Shown here: positions 1 to 11,860 of the stretch, piece after piece
Position numbering within the stretch: the stretch's first letter is position 1
How the letters are laid out: each line of letters begins with the position of its first letter
Origin: Eledone cirrhosa
Lineage: Eukaryota
Length of the DNA stretch: 64,000 bases
Assembly (NCBI GenBank): GCA_964016885.1
Contig: OZ024740.1
Location: 306,342,001 to 306,406,000, forward strand
Reading direction: 5' to 3'
The notes under the pieces: model-generated
Told to the model about the DNA's origin: nothing
The model's input: only the letters and a program-made list of their open reading frames with translations
Databases searched by the model: none
Made by a program: the position numbers and the translations under genes

Positions 1-232
1 CAGCTTTCAGTATATCACTGAATAATCAGTATGAGATAAGTAACAAGGATGCACTTACCATATGTCTATAACTGAAGAATTAAAAAGGCATTCAAAATAG
101 TTCAAACTTGAATAAATGACTTTGGTCTAAGATCTTGATATGTACACTCCAAAGAGACAAGTAGATGAAGATGATATTAAGATATAAGTGAGACTTTTAA
201 CTTGCATTTGATTACTGATTTGTCTTTGCCAG

Positions 233-350
233 AAACTGCTAAGCAACACAAAGCCAGTTAGCAAACGTGAGCAGTACCTGTCAACATTATGCACCAGTGT
301 CCTTCACAAAGGAACCATTCTTTTTGAATCATTATCGAAAAATCTAAAAG
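233..350 (+). CDS. Internal coding exon of an unidentified host gene (third from last)
   Basis: Acceptor ttgtctttgccAG (231-232) and donor AG|GTAAGT (351). Open frame KLLSNTKPVSKREQYLSTLCTSVLHKGTILFESLSKNLK+G. Its phase-1 end matches the next exon. Confidence 0.8.
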
Positions 351-499
351 GTAAGTCAGTACACTCTCCATCTTTGCCATGTTACTTAATAAAACACACA
401 CATATTATTTAATAGGAAATATAAATGTATGTATAAAATTAGGTAGTAACATGTGCTTATGCCGTATTAACAGACTAATTCTATTTAGTCAAATACAGC

Positions 500-566
500 T
501 GTCTAACCCATGCTAGCGTGGAAGAACGGACGTAAAACGGTGATGATGATGATGATGATGATGATG
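500..566 (+). mobile_element. 5'-truncated RTE-tail SINE/LINE 3' end with 5-bp TSD
   Basis: tgtctaacccatgctagcgtggaagaacggacgtaaaacgg(tga)n flanked by ACAGC at 495-499 and 567-571. Confidence 0.8.
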
Positions 567-712
567 ACAGCATAAGCACATGTTATTACCTAATTTTCAA
601 ATTCGCTAGCTGTTTGTAAACAAAGGCTGCTTTGTGTCTCCCTATTTATATACATGTATATATATACCTGCTATGGTTATATAGCTTCTAATTGAATGGA
701 AGGAAGCATGGG

Positions 713-950
713 TGGCATGCTGGTGTAATGGTAACACATAGGTCCGGCAAACCAAAGATGTGGGTTTGTGTCCCATGTATGTCAACACTCATCCTTTTTT
801 CCATTCAGAGGGTTTTTTTTAAAAATCCCAACTAACAGACTAATTCTATTTAGTCAAATATGGCGTAAACACATGTTACTACCTAATTTTCAAATTTGCC
901 AGCTGTTTGTAAACAAAGCTTGCTTTGTGTCTCCCTATTTTTATACATAT
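713..950 (+). mobile_element. tRNA-headed SINE-like repeat (family C), intronic
   Basis: A-box-like TGGTGTAATGG and B-box-like GGGTTTGTGTCCC. Rearranged partial copies at ~435-500 and 567-648; inverted copy at 4226-4372. Confidence 0.55.
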
Positions 951-1038
951 ATATATATATGTATGTTTTCTGTTGTCCTCTCTTTGTCAATTATCCTATG
1001 TCTTTTCTCTCATGTATGTTTTTTTTTTTTTTTCACAG

Positions 1039-1199
1039 AGAAGCCATTGTTGAACATTAGCTGCGATGTACAAGTGTTCCCAGTAATCCAAGGGATCTTC
1101 TTAGCCACTAACACCATCATGGATTATCTGTACAGACATCCTGAAGCACACATTGAACAGATTAACAATCTGAAACATATGTATGCTAAACTGGAGAAG
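1039..1199 (+). CDS. Penultimate coding exon of the same gene
   Basis: Poly-T tract plus tcacAG (1037-1038); donor AAG|GTAC (1200). Phase-1 join gives EKPLLNISCDVQVFPVIQGIFLATNTIMDYLYRHPEAHIEQINNLKHMYAKLEK, ending in phase 0. Confidence 0.85.
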
Positions 1200-1299
1200 G
1201 TACTACTAAAATTATCTCATATCTTAGCTTTAGTCACCACAAGTATGCAGTAGAGTGAGGATCTGGAGTACAATGTTGTGATAATAGTGATTATATAAT

Positions 1300-1575
1300 T
1301 CAGTAGAGGTGCATGTCAGTGGTGCTGTAGATCAAAACCTTGACAGGATAGATGTGATGATCTGAGGTATTGCAGATGTGATAGGCAGGTATATTTGTAG
1401 AGTACAGTAGGTTGAGTGTATAACACAGTAGAGGTGTGTGTCTGAGGTACTGTAGGTTTAGTGTATAACATAGTAGAGGTGTCTGTCTGAGGTACTACTG
1501 TAGGTTGAGAGTATAATATGGTAGAGCTGTGTCTGTCTGAGGTACTGTAGGTTGAAAGTATAACATGGTAGATGT
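1300..1575. repeat. Degenerate ~45-50 bp intronic tandem repeat
   Basis: Recurring tagaggtgtgtgtctgaggtactgtaggtt..gtataacatag units. Confidence 0.7.
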
Positions 1576-1720
1576 GATAGTCAAACTAAGTAATAAAAAT
1601 ATATCCCCATTTGGTGGCATATCTTTGCGATGGTATGGTCATGTTTCTGTATGAATTTGTTTTATTAAAGCTAAAATTTTCACTATAATGACATGGCTGT
1701 TTGTTTCTGTTTGTTACTAG

Positions 1721-1771
1721 GTACGAAACCTCCATCCTGTAATCCAGAGTATAATGTTACAAGCAGCATAA
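1721..1771 (+). CDS. Terminal coding exon (VRNLHPVIQSIMLQAA*)
   Basis: Acceptor ttgtttctgtttgttacTAG (to 1720), phase 0 compatible, TAA at 1769-1771, followed by AT-rich 3' UTR-like sequence. Confidence 0.75.
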   Translation, partial: VRNLHPVIQSIMLQAA

Positions 1772-1857
1772 ATATTCAACATTAAAACAACACCTGAAAT
1801 TCACTGTCTTTATTCATTCGAAGTAAAACTGATATCAATGAAAACTTTTAGAAAAAT

Positions 1858-1863
1858 AATAAA
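1858..1863 (+). promoter_or_regulatory. Candidate polyadenylation signal AATAAA
   Basis: About 90 nt after the stop codon. ATTAAA at 1781-1786 is an alternative. Confidence 0.4.
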
Positions 1864-2984
1864 AGCAAAACAAAACAAAAGCTATATTTCTTGGATACTT
1901 TTTTCCCTCAGTCACTGAATCAAGCCACTATTACCCTTGACTTCAACCCCAAACAATTCTGAATACGTCCATATTTTCAATAATGATTTTTTTTTTTTTC
2001 AAAATTGATGGAGTGAGGTTGAGTTTCTTCCAAAAACAAATCTAATTACTATGAAAAGGAATCTTGTTACTGTAGGAATGTTTTTTTTTTTAATTTATGG
2101 AATCTTTTATTTTATTTCTTACTTACAATTTTCTGTCCTGTATTTTGCTATGTTCAATTTGTTTGACAAATGCTTAAGTTTCCAGTAATCTTTTATTGGA
2201 GTGAATTTTGCTAACCGTATTATTTCAATATTTTTGCTACCTATGCTTCACTGTTCACATGTAAACTAAATCATTTAATTTCATGATTTAAACTTCTTTT
2301 AAATCTAAATTTTTTGTTTTCTAAATCGCATTTACAAAACAATACATATCACTGAATTAATGGCCAGTATTTGAGTTTTTGTGTACAAAGTATGACAAGT
2401 ACTAATGATGAGAAAGAAGAAACGTGTGTTATATATCTAAATATTTGAAGGTTTCTACTGCTGAAGTCAGGAGGATACCAGATACCATTTAAGGGTCCAC
2501 TTTAACACCCAACACTCTTTAACACCACTACACTTTTGTAGTTTCCTCACCTTATGTGTTGTTATTGTTTATTTATTTTTACATATTTATTCAACTCAGT
2601 TTCAGATTTAACTGTTGTAGTTTGCCAGGTTCACCAGTCCATCTCTTACTTTTCATATCCAGATCAACAAATCGATCAAACCGCTCACTTTATGATTTCT
2701 GCTTAAAACTCTTACCACCGCCACATAACCATTTATTTCTCCAACTACAAAGTTTCTTCTGCAGTACCCTTCCTCTGTATATTTGTCAATTTCATATTCA
2801 AAATTATTAGGAAACTTTTAGAATTATATTTAATCAAATTTCATAATTATATTTAACTTTTTATTTCATTTAAAATTTAGTTTTGAAGTAAAAACAACAA
2901 AATTTGATTATTTCTATCAAAATGTTTATTCCTCTGTTGCACTTTTTTGGTGATTTGATTAGCATCCAGAAACAGGAATAGTCC

Positions 2985-3140
2985 TTCCAATGGGCTTCCA
3001 CATAGTTTCCATCTACCAAATTTTACTTGCACGGCTTTGGTTTACCTGAGGTTATTGTAGCAGACACTTATGTAAGGTGTCACACAGTGGGATTGAATTT
3101 GAAACTAAGTAGTTGCAAAGCAAATTACTTAACCACACAT
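2985..3140 (-). mobile_element. Degenerate tRNA-derived SINE
   Basis: Reverse complement begins gtgtggttaag...ttcaatcccactg (A/B-box-like). Similar copy at ~39415-39575. Confidence 0.6.
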
Positions 3141-4171
3141 TAATATAGTGCAAGTGTAGATTTTATTAAAGCAAGGAAATAAAATATTAATAATGATTAA
3201 TTAGTAGACAAAATAACTAATTATTAATCAAATCATGTTATCAATCTTACACTTTTTTCCCTCATGCACTAATCCACCCCCATCGCTTTTTTGTTGTTAA
3301 TGAGATACTCATTTACTGATCTGTAGAAACATGGAAATATTTACAGAATTACTGTTTTAATCAACACTGATTCTGTTTTTCTATCCATCAGTTCATGTTT
3401 ATACCCTTTACACTTCAATATCATGAGGTACTAAACAAATTCTATATTGTACACCTTCATGTCCTGTAACACACTGCCCCATTCCACACCTTTGCCTTAT
3501 ACTTGGCATTTTATTCCAGATAAATTCCATTTAGGTTCTACAATCACAACTTTCTGAGAGACAATCTTAAAAAAAACCCTCAATAATAACAACAACAACA
3601 ACAACAACAACAATATATACTATTAATAATATTAGTGGTGGAAGAACTGCAGAATCAGTAAAGGATTAATCAGACAAAATATAGAGGTGTTTTTGTTAAA
3701 TACCTCTATATTTTGAGTTTAAATCCTGACCAAGTCCACTTTGCCTTTCATTCTTTCAAAGTCAATAGAATAAGTACATGCATTGATATAATTAACTATA
3801 CTTTAGAAAGTAGTGCCCCAGCATGGCCACAGTCCAGTGACTGAAACCAGTTAAAGATTTAGTGGAAGGAATATAGTAGGAAACACTGTGATATCAATTA
3901 ATTGGTGCTACTATGAGGTAATCTAATCTACTTACTGTACCATATTTAGTCGACATTGTGCTCACCTGTTGCAGATCCCCTCTCTCTTTATATATCATCA
4001 TCACTGTTTAATTTTCCACGCTAGCATGGGTTATATATATATTATATTACATTATATTATTTATTTATGTTCATGCATGGAACAAAAGTGGTATCTAAGG
4101 TTTCAAAGCACAATATTGACCATATCTCTAGAATGTAAGAGGGATCAAAATTATGACCTCATCTTCAGGCA

Positions 4172-4225
<54 letters not shown>

Positions 4226-4227
<2 letters not shown>

Positions 4228-4372
4228 AAATTAGGTAGTAACATGTGCTTACGCCGTATTTGACTAAATAGAATTAGTCTGTTAGTTGAGATTATAAAAA
4301 CCCTCTGAATGGAAAAAAAAAGGACGAGTATTGACATACATGGGACACAAACCCACATCTTTGGTTTGCCAG
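4226..4372 (-). mobile_element. Inverted copy of the family C repeat
   Basis: Reverse complement matches 746-890 closely. Confidence 0.75.
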
Positions 4373-4569
4373 GCTAATAGTAACACAGAACAATAAAAAG
4401 AAACAGAAGTCAGGCATAAGTAGATAGTTCATTATTTTACGAGGGTTGATTGTTTGATGGAGATCGATGTATTGACTAGCATGGTTAAGTTACTACCTAT
4501 TTCTAGTCACAAAATCCCTGTTCAATTGGCTGTCTTCTTCGGAAACACTATATATATATATATATATAT

Positions 4570-4903
4570 GGCTTAGTGGTTAGAGCATTGGCCTTGCAAT
4601 CGAAAGGCTGTGAGTTCAATTCTCAGACCGGGTGATGTGTTGTTTCCTTGTGCAAGACACTTTATTTCACATTGCTCCAGTTTACTCAGCTGTAGAAATG
4701 AGATGATAGGGACTGGGGTCCCTATCATTCCACTGCAAAGTGGTCGTGGAGGTGCCACGGCAAAAAAGCACCCAGTACTCACTGTAAATGAGGTTGGTGT
4801 TAGGAAGAGCATCCAGCTGTATAAATCAAGCCAGAATCAGTTCCCGTCCCACCCTTGCAAGCAGGGAAAAAGCGGACATAAAATGAAATGATGATGATGA
4901 TGA
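4570..4903 (+). mobile_element. Near full-length tRNA-derived SINE with RTE 3' tail (family A)
   Basis: A box GGCTTAGTGG, B box GAGTTCAATTC, tail cccgtcccacccttgcaagcagggaa...(gat)n matching the RTE end at ~54828-54891. Inserted in (TA)n. Confidence 0.9.
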
Positions 4904-5149
4904 TATATATATATATACATAAAATCTCTATCCATGTAGCCCTCCAGTATAAAGAGACCCATGGATTCTCAAAATATGCCAAATGTCCCAAACATTTCAA
5001 GCCTCCTTTATAGTATTATCTGTCTCAAACCTCAATCTCAACACCTTTCAGAATTGAATTGTTTTAATGTTTTTTTACATTATAATTTTTGAGTTTTTAA
5101 ATTTGATCATTAGATTTTAGTTTTTGTTTAAGTAAGTTAAGATAACAAG

Positions 5150-5362
5150 TGGCAGTATCGGTAGAGCAGCGGGCAACACACTTAGCGGCATAAAACTACG
5201 GCCCTTTACGATCTGAGTTCAAATCCTGCAGAGGTTAGCTTTGCTTTTCATCCTTACAGGGGCGATAAAATAAAGTACCAGTAATGCACTGGGGTCGATT
5301 TAATCGACTTTCCCCTCCTCTAAAATTGCTGGCCTTGTGCCTGTAGTACAAATCATTATTAC
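5150..5362 (+). mobile_element. tRNA-derived SINE family B
   Basis: TGGCAGTATCGG and GAGTTCAAATCC boxes; central gcctttcatccttacggggtcgataaaataaagtaccag domain (resembles Meta/MESC-type SINE cores, from memory); (ATT)n tail. More than 10 copies in the window, e.g. 31388-31570, 33395-33585, 36737-36895(-), 39985-40172(-), 57527-57685. Confidence 0.85.
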
Positions 5363-5974
5363 TGGAGAATAAATAAACATGTAATTGGAATCTTTATAAT
5401 TTTAAAATTAATTCTTTTTTAAAAGCTCAATTAAAACATATTCTCCCAAATAATTTCCAGTTATGTAGATCAGTGTGTTTAAGCTATATTACATTGGTGG
5501 GTTTAGATTGTGTTGTGGGAATAAACCTGTCTAACCCATACTAGGTGTGGAAAATGGACACTAAACGATGACGATGATGATGTAGAATTTCTCTGTCACC
5601 TATAGTTTTCTTGCAATAATAATTGTTAATTATCAAATTAACAAAAAAGCTACTGTTGCTGCTGCTTCTGCTTCTTCTTAAGAGGGCCGTAGGAGCAGAG
5701 TCTTCAAACACTCCTTCCAGTAGAACCTGTCAGAACTTTCTTAGGGTCTACCCCTGGGTCTCCTGCCGGTTGGTTTTGCTCATAAAACCTGTCCAGAGTA
5801 ACTATCTAATGGAAACAGATTTATGTTCTATGACCCAAGTAAAGACCAGTTTAAGACCCTTAATTTTCAATCCTACTGGAATGAATGCATGAGGGAATAT
5901 ATGCTGTTCTCCACTTACCAGTTCTCTCATTTTTATCAATCTATTCCTTGCTACTTATCACAATATAAAATAAT

Positions 5975-6415
5975 AATAATAATGAAATTATTGTGTAAAG
6001 TGCTCAGGTGCACTACAACTCGTCAAAGGTGCATGTATAGTACATAGAATAATATATAAATGTCAGGGAAGTGAATAGTATATGAGTCATGATATACATG
6101 TCTGTATGTGTATGGAGGGGAATATTAGGTATAGTGTTGGCGAATCTCAGGAAGCATGGAGGTTTTAAAGGATGCAGTGTCTCGACAGCTAGCAACTGAT
6201 GCAGGCAGTTTGTTCCATGCTTCAGCAACTCTGAGTGTGAAAAAATGTTTCTGAAAGTCATGGGAGCTGTACTGTTTTCTGACTTTGTGGGCATGCCCAT
6301 GTGTGTTAGACACATGGAGATCAAAAAGGTACTCGGGTTGTTGTTGGCAAGATGGTTAATAATTTTGTGGGTGTTTACCAAGTCAGTTGCCAGGCATCGG
6401 AGCTTCAATGTATCT
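5975..6415 (-). mobile_element. CR1-clade LINE 3' fragment
   Basis: TxGH..KVRKQ...KHFFTLRVAEAWNKLP C-terminus, GTGCACCTGAGCAC stem-loop and (ATT)n tail. Confidence 0.9.
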
Positions 6416-6995
6416 AATTTAAGAACAAGGCCATTAAAACTTTGGGAGAATGGCAAATTGATTAAATCAACCTTAGGATATGACTGGTACTTTATATTGT
6501 AGACCTCAGTGGGATTTAAACTCAGAATGTAAAGACCCATAAGAAATACCACAATGTCATTTATCCAATACTCTACCAATTTTGCCAACCCACCAATTCT
6601 GATTACAATATATTAAGAATGTTAAGTGATAGTGATAATACTTGGGATATTATTAGAGAATATATATTAATGTAACTAAATTTGAATTCCTTTTGTAGAG
6701 GCAGCATAGCTGCATGAATAAGGTCCTCAATGTTTGGTCCACAATGTTATGATACATTGAGTCTCTGAAGAAGACACTTAATACCAAATTTCCTCAGTTC
6801 ATCTTACTGTTGAGTCAGTACTAGTCATTTTGGGGGATATCTTGGACAGAGTACTTAATTCTAGTTTATTTCAATTCATTTGTCAGGAGAATAGATACTA
6901 TTATGTATGTAAAAAGTAAACAGAAATAACAAAGGAAATGATACAGTACATTGAAGAAATATATTATTTTAACGTTTGGAATAGCAGGAAAAGAG

Positions 6996-7031
6996 TCTTG
7001 ACGTTTCGGATACTAGTCTTTCATCAGAAGA
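6996..7031 (-). ncRNA. Minimal type I hammerhead ribozyme-like motif (Penelope-type), degenerate
   Basis: Minus strand TCTT-CTGATGA-AAGACTAGTATCC-GAAAC-GTC-AAGA: core boxes intact, 4-bp stem I, palindromic ACGT stem III, weak stem II. Confidence 0.55.
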
Positions 7032-7299
7032 TAGTTAGAAATAAAAGATAAAATGGAAGATAAAGAATGAGAAGAGGAAGGAACGGGAGAAAATGAGAAA
7101 AAAAAACGTGTATTCAGTCAGCCATTTTGGAAATACTATTACTCTGTTGGGAAGTTAGTTCAGTAGGCCAGTGAACTATTTGGGAAACGATTCTCTCTCT
7201 CTAGTCATCTTTTATGAAAATTGAAGTAAAGTACTAGATCTATGAGTCCCTGTGGTTTGAGAAAGTTGAAGTTAACAAAACAAATAATTTCTCTCTCTC

Positions 7300-7712
7300 T
7301 CTTCTTCTTCACCCACTTATTACTACGAGGGTTGTGCGGGCATAGTCTTAAAACATTCCTAACAGGTCCTGTCAGAAGCAACCATCTCCAACTGATCCGG
7401 CTGGATCCCCAAGTGAGACCAGCCAAGCTCGTGAATGTTATCTAACCATCATGCTCCAGGTCTGGGTTTTCTGCCAGTTGGTTTTGCCCATAAAATCTAT
7501 GTAGAGTTTCTTTCCTGAGACATTCTAACTACATGCTGATAGTATTGGAGCTGTGATCTCTCAATTCGGAGAAGTAGCAGCTCTACCTGGAGTGACTCTC
7601 TGATCTCTGAGCTACACAGTCTATTGAATAATGTTACTCCAAAACCCATTTTGGCTGCTTGTATTCATAACCGGAGTCTTTCGGACATTACCCAAGATCC
7701 ATGACCATTTCG
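7300..7712 (-). mobile_element. Decayed RTE-clade LINE 3' fragment (second family, (GAA)n tail)
   Basis: Degraded RTE C-terminal-like peptide. The same 3' end recurs at ~5665-5800, 14572-14720 and 62180-62225. Confidence 0.65.
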
Positions 7713-8082
7713 ATAATATAATATTTGTACTATTTCACATATCCAAATGGTTGTTCATTTGAACTGAACAAATAAAAAATAACACCTGAAAATGTATGTG
7801 TAAATGTGTATAGCATGTATGTATGCATGTATGTCTGTATATATATAATTTTAAGTTCAGAACCTTCACATTACATGCACACTACTCCTAGTTTCTTGCT
7901 TAATGCCATCTTCAACCAAATAAGTTTAAAAAATATAAACTTGAGTAAAAAGTACATAGCATTGAATTTCTCAAATTATATACATGTATTCACAAACATT
8001 CAAACATTTATATGTATCACAGATAGATTGCATGCTAAATTACATAGCTAGCTGTTTAGCTATTCAGTGTTTATATATACAT

Positions 8083-10495
8083 CATCATCATCATTACTGT
8101 TTAACATACATTTTTCCACGCTAGCATGAGTTAGATAAATTGTCCCATTGTGAGACAAGCCAGATCAGATGACCGTGTCTTGCTCATACAGAAATGTTTC
8201 TGGATTGGTTTCTATGGCAGGATGCTCTTCCTAACGACAACCTCATTTACAGTGTGTACTGGGTGCTTTTTGTCTTGACACCAACACAACCACTTTACAG
8301 TGTGGACTGGGTGCTTTTTGTCTTGACACCAACACAACCACTTTACAGTGTGGACTGGGTGCTTTTTGTCTTGACACCAACACAACCACTTTACAGTGTG
8401 GACTGGGTGCTTTTTGTCTTGACACCAACACAACCACTTTACTGTGTGGACTGGGTGCTTTTTGTCATGGCACCAACACAACCACTTTACTGTGTGGACT
8501 GGGTGCTTTTTGTCTTGACACCAACACAACCACTTTACTGTGTGGACTGGGTGCTTTTTGTCTTGACACCAACACAACCACTTTACTGTGTGGACTGGGT
8601 GCTTTTTGTCTTGACACCAACACAACCACTTTACTGTGTGGACTGGGTGCTTTTTGTCTTGACACCAACACAACCACTTTACAGTGTGGACTGGGTGCTT
8701 TTTGTCTTGACACCAACACAACCACTTTACTGTGTGGACTGGGTGCTTTTTGTCTTGACACCAACACAACCACTTTACTGTGTGGACTGGGTGCTTTTTG
8801 TCTTGACACCAACACAACCACTTTACTGTGTGGACTGGGTGCTTTTTGTCTTGACACCAACACAACCACTTTACTGTGTGGACTGGGTGCTTTTTGTCTT
8901 GACACCAACACAACCACTTTACAGTGTGGACTGGGTGCTTTTTGTCTTGACACCAACACAACCACTTTACTGTGTGGACTGGGTGCTTTTTGTCTTGACA
9001 CCAACACAACCACTTTACAGTGTGGACTGGGTGCTTTTTGTCTTGACACCAACACAACCACTTTACTGCGTGGACTGGGTGCTTTTTGTCTTGACATCAG
9101 CACAACCACTTTACTGTGTGGACTGGGTGCTTTTTGTCTTGACACCAACACAACCACTTTACTGTGTGGACTGGGTGCTTTTTGTCTTGACACCAACACA
9201 ACCACTTTACTGTGTGGACTGGGTGCTTTTTGTCTTGACACCAACACAACCACTTTACAGTGTGGACTGGGTGCTTTTTGTCTTGACACCAACACAACCA
9301 CTTTACTGTGTGGACTGGGTGCTTTTTGTCTTGACACCAACACAACCACTTTACAGTGTGGACTGGGTGCTTTTTGTCTTGACACCAACACAACCACTTT
9401 ACTGTGTGGACTGGGTGCTTTTTGTCTTGACACCAACACAACCACTTTACAGTGTGGACTGGGTGCTTTTTGTCTTGACACCAACACAACCACTTTACAG
9501 TGTGGACTGGGTGCTTTTTGTCTTGACACCAACACAACCACTTTACTGCGTGGACTGGGTGCTTTTTGTCTTGACATCAGCACAACCACTTTACTGTGTG
9601 GACTGGGTGCTTTTTGTCTTGACACCAACACAACCACTTTACAGTGTGGACTGGGTGCTTTTTGTCTTGACACCAACACAACCACTTTACAGTGTGGACT
9701 GGGTGCTTTTTGTCTTGACACCAACACAACCACTTTACAGTGTGGACTGGGTGCTTTTTGTCTTGACACCAACACAACCACTTTACTGCGTGGACTGGGT
9801 GCTTTTTGTCTTGACATCAGCACAACCACTTTACTGTGTGGACTGGGTGCTTTTTGTCTTGACACCAACACAACCACTTTACTGTGTGGACTGGGTGCTT
9901 TTTGTCTTGACACCAACACAACCACTTTACTGTGTGGACTGGGTGCTTTTTATCTTGAGACCAACACAACCACTTTACTGTGTGGACTGGGTGCTTTTTG
10001 TCTTGACACCAACACAACCACTTTACAGTGTGGACTGGGTGCTTTTTGTCTTGACACCAACACAACCACTTTACTGTGTGGACTGGGTGCTTTTTGTCTT
10101 GACACCAACACAACCACTTTACAGTGTGGACTGGGTGCTTTTTGTCTTGACACCAACACAACCACTTTACTGTGTGGACTGGGTGCTTTTTGTCTTGACA
10201 CCAACACAACCACTTTACTGTGTGGACTGGGTGCTTTTTGTCTTGACACCAACACAACCACTTTACTGTGTGGACTGGGTGCTTTTTGTCTTGACACCAA
10301 CACAACCACTTTACTGTGTGGACTGGGTGCTTTTTGTCTTGACACCAACACAACCACTTTACTGTGTGGACTGGGTGCTTTTTGTCTTGACACCAACACA
10401 ACCACTTTACTGTGTGGACTGGGTGCTTTTTGTCTTGACACCAACACAACCACTTTACAGTGTGGACTGGGTGCTTTTTGTCATGGCACCAAGCT
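8083..10495 (-). mobile_element. Family A-type SINE body and tail containing an expanded minisatellite
   Basis: (cat)n plus RTE-type tail at 8083-8240 runs directly into the 48-bp array. Confidence 0.8.
8242..10490. repeat. 48-bp minisatellite, ~47 copies
   Basis: Unit cactttac(a/t)gtgtggactgggtgctttttgtcttgacaccaacacaac, near-identical copies. Confidence 0.98.
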
Positions 10496-11823
10496 TTCTT
10501 TGTCTTAATAGGTTTGCTAAAAGGAGTAGTAATAGTAATAATGATATTATTAATAATAGTAATTATTATTTCTACATTTGGCACAAGGCCAGTAATTTGG
10601 GGAGGTGGGGGAAGTCGATTATAATAACAATAATAATCAGAGTACAGTTTTAATGATCTTACTAGTCTTAACTAATAACAGCTCCCCTATAAATATATAT
10701 ATATCGGAACTGTCATTTGGATCTAGCTGTCGAAACGGCCGGAGCTCAGCAGTCAGGGTCCTGACTCTGTTCATATTACCCACTCTACTACTCTAAGTAT
10801 TAAGTACTTTGGTGCATTATGGTCCACCTGGTATCTTACCACTCCCTCTTTGTTATATATAGAACAGAAATTTAGATTGAAATACAATAATTTTGGTCTT
10901 ATGCTCAATGAAATTAGGTGAAAAAAACAACATTAATCAGAGCTGCTTGTAGTATGTATATTCCAGTTAGACCACATACATATTTAGGTAAAACCCTAAG
11001 ATGTCAAACATATTAATACATACATCCTATGTTGAATATATATTATAATATACATATATCTTTCTCTCAAATCATACCACACTATCTTAAATAAGAATTT
11101 GACTAATTTAGTCCCAGATACACAATGTTTGAAGAAAAAAAATCAGAGATGGTCTTTTTATTTTTAATTATTTTTTGTTGGGTCTGGAGGAAGGCCTCTC
11201 CAAAATCAGTGAGATTAGTGCTGTTAATATTCTACTTAAACTGTTGACAACTGCAGGAAAGAGATTGAGGGAGAGAATCTCAGATCAATGTATTTGGGGG
11301 TGGGGGGAGACTTGGTGTAGTTTTTAGTGTGGGATCTAGAAGATTGAACACAAGTTGAGTGTTGGGAATGCTAGAGTTGAGATGTCAATAAGTGGGGCTA
11401 GAGTGTGCCTGTGTATGATTTTATGCCAGTTAATTGAGTGGCCTTTTGGTGGATGTGGTCTAGAATGTCTGTGTGCAGTAGCCACCCTGTCCAGGATATG
11501 TGTTCACCATGTGGTTAGAAGAGGAGGGACAATGCAAAACACCATTGCATTCTCTCTCCTAGACTGCTGAGATTCAAGTGACCAATACTCAATTTAAACA
11601 TCTGCAGGAAACATGTGGGAGGAAGGGCTGGTACAAATATCTGCAACAGAGTGAACTTCCTTAAAGGTACCCAAGGACCAGATTCCACTTATAATAGATT
11701 TATTCAATCAGGGATCACCTAAGACTAAGCAACAATAATGCACTCATACACACATACATATACATGTGTATATATATATACACACACACACACACATACA
11801 TACTAAGTTGATCAGAAACTAAA

Positions 11824-11860
<37 letters not shown>

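Noticed and set aside
768-1253. 161-aa ORF as a single-exon gene
   Set aside because: Only 1039-1199 is exon-like; the rest is intronic repeat, (TA)n and poly-T.
4570-4635. tRNA genes at SINE heads
   Set aside because: A/B boxes are present but there is no complete cloverleaf, and they continue into SINE bodies.
8194-10653. 819-aa repetitive ORF and overlapping antisense ORFs
   Set aside because: Artefact of a stop-free 48-bp (16-codon) unit derived from a SINE; open in several frames on both strands.
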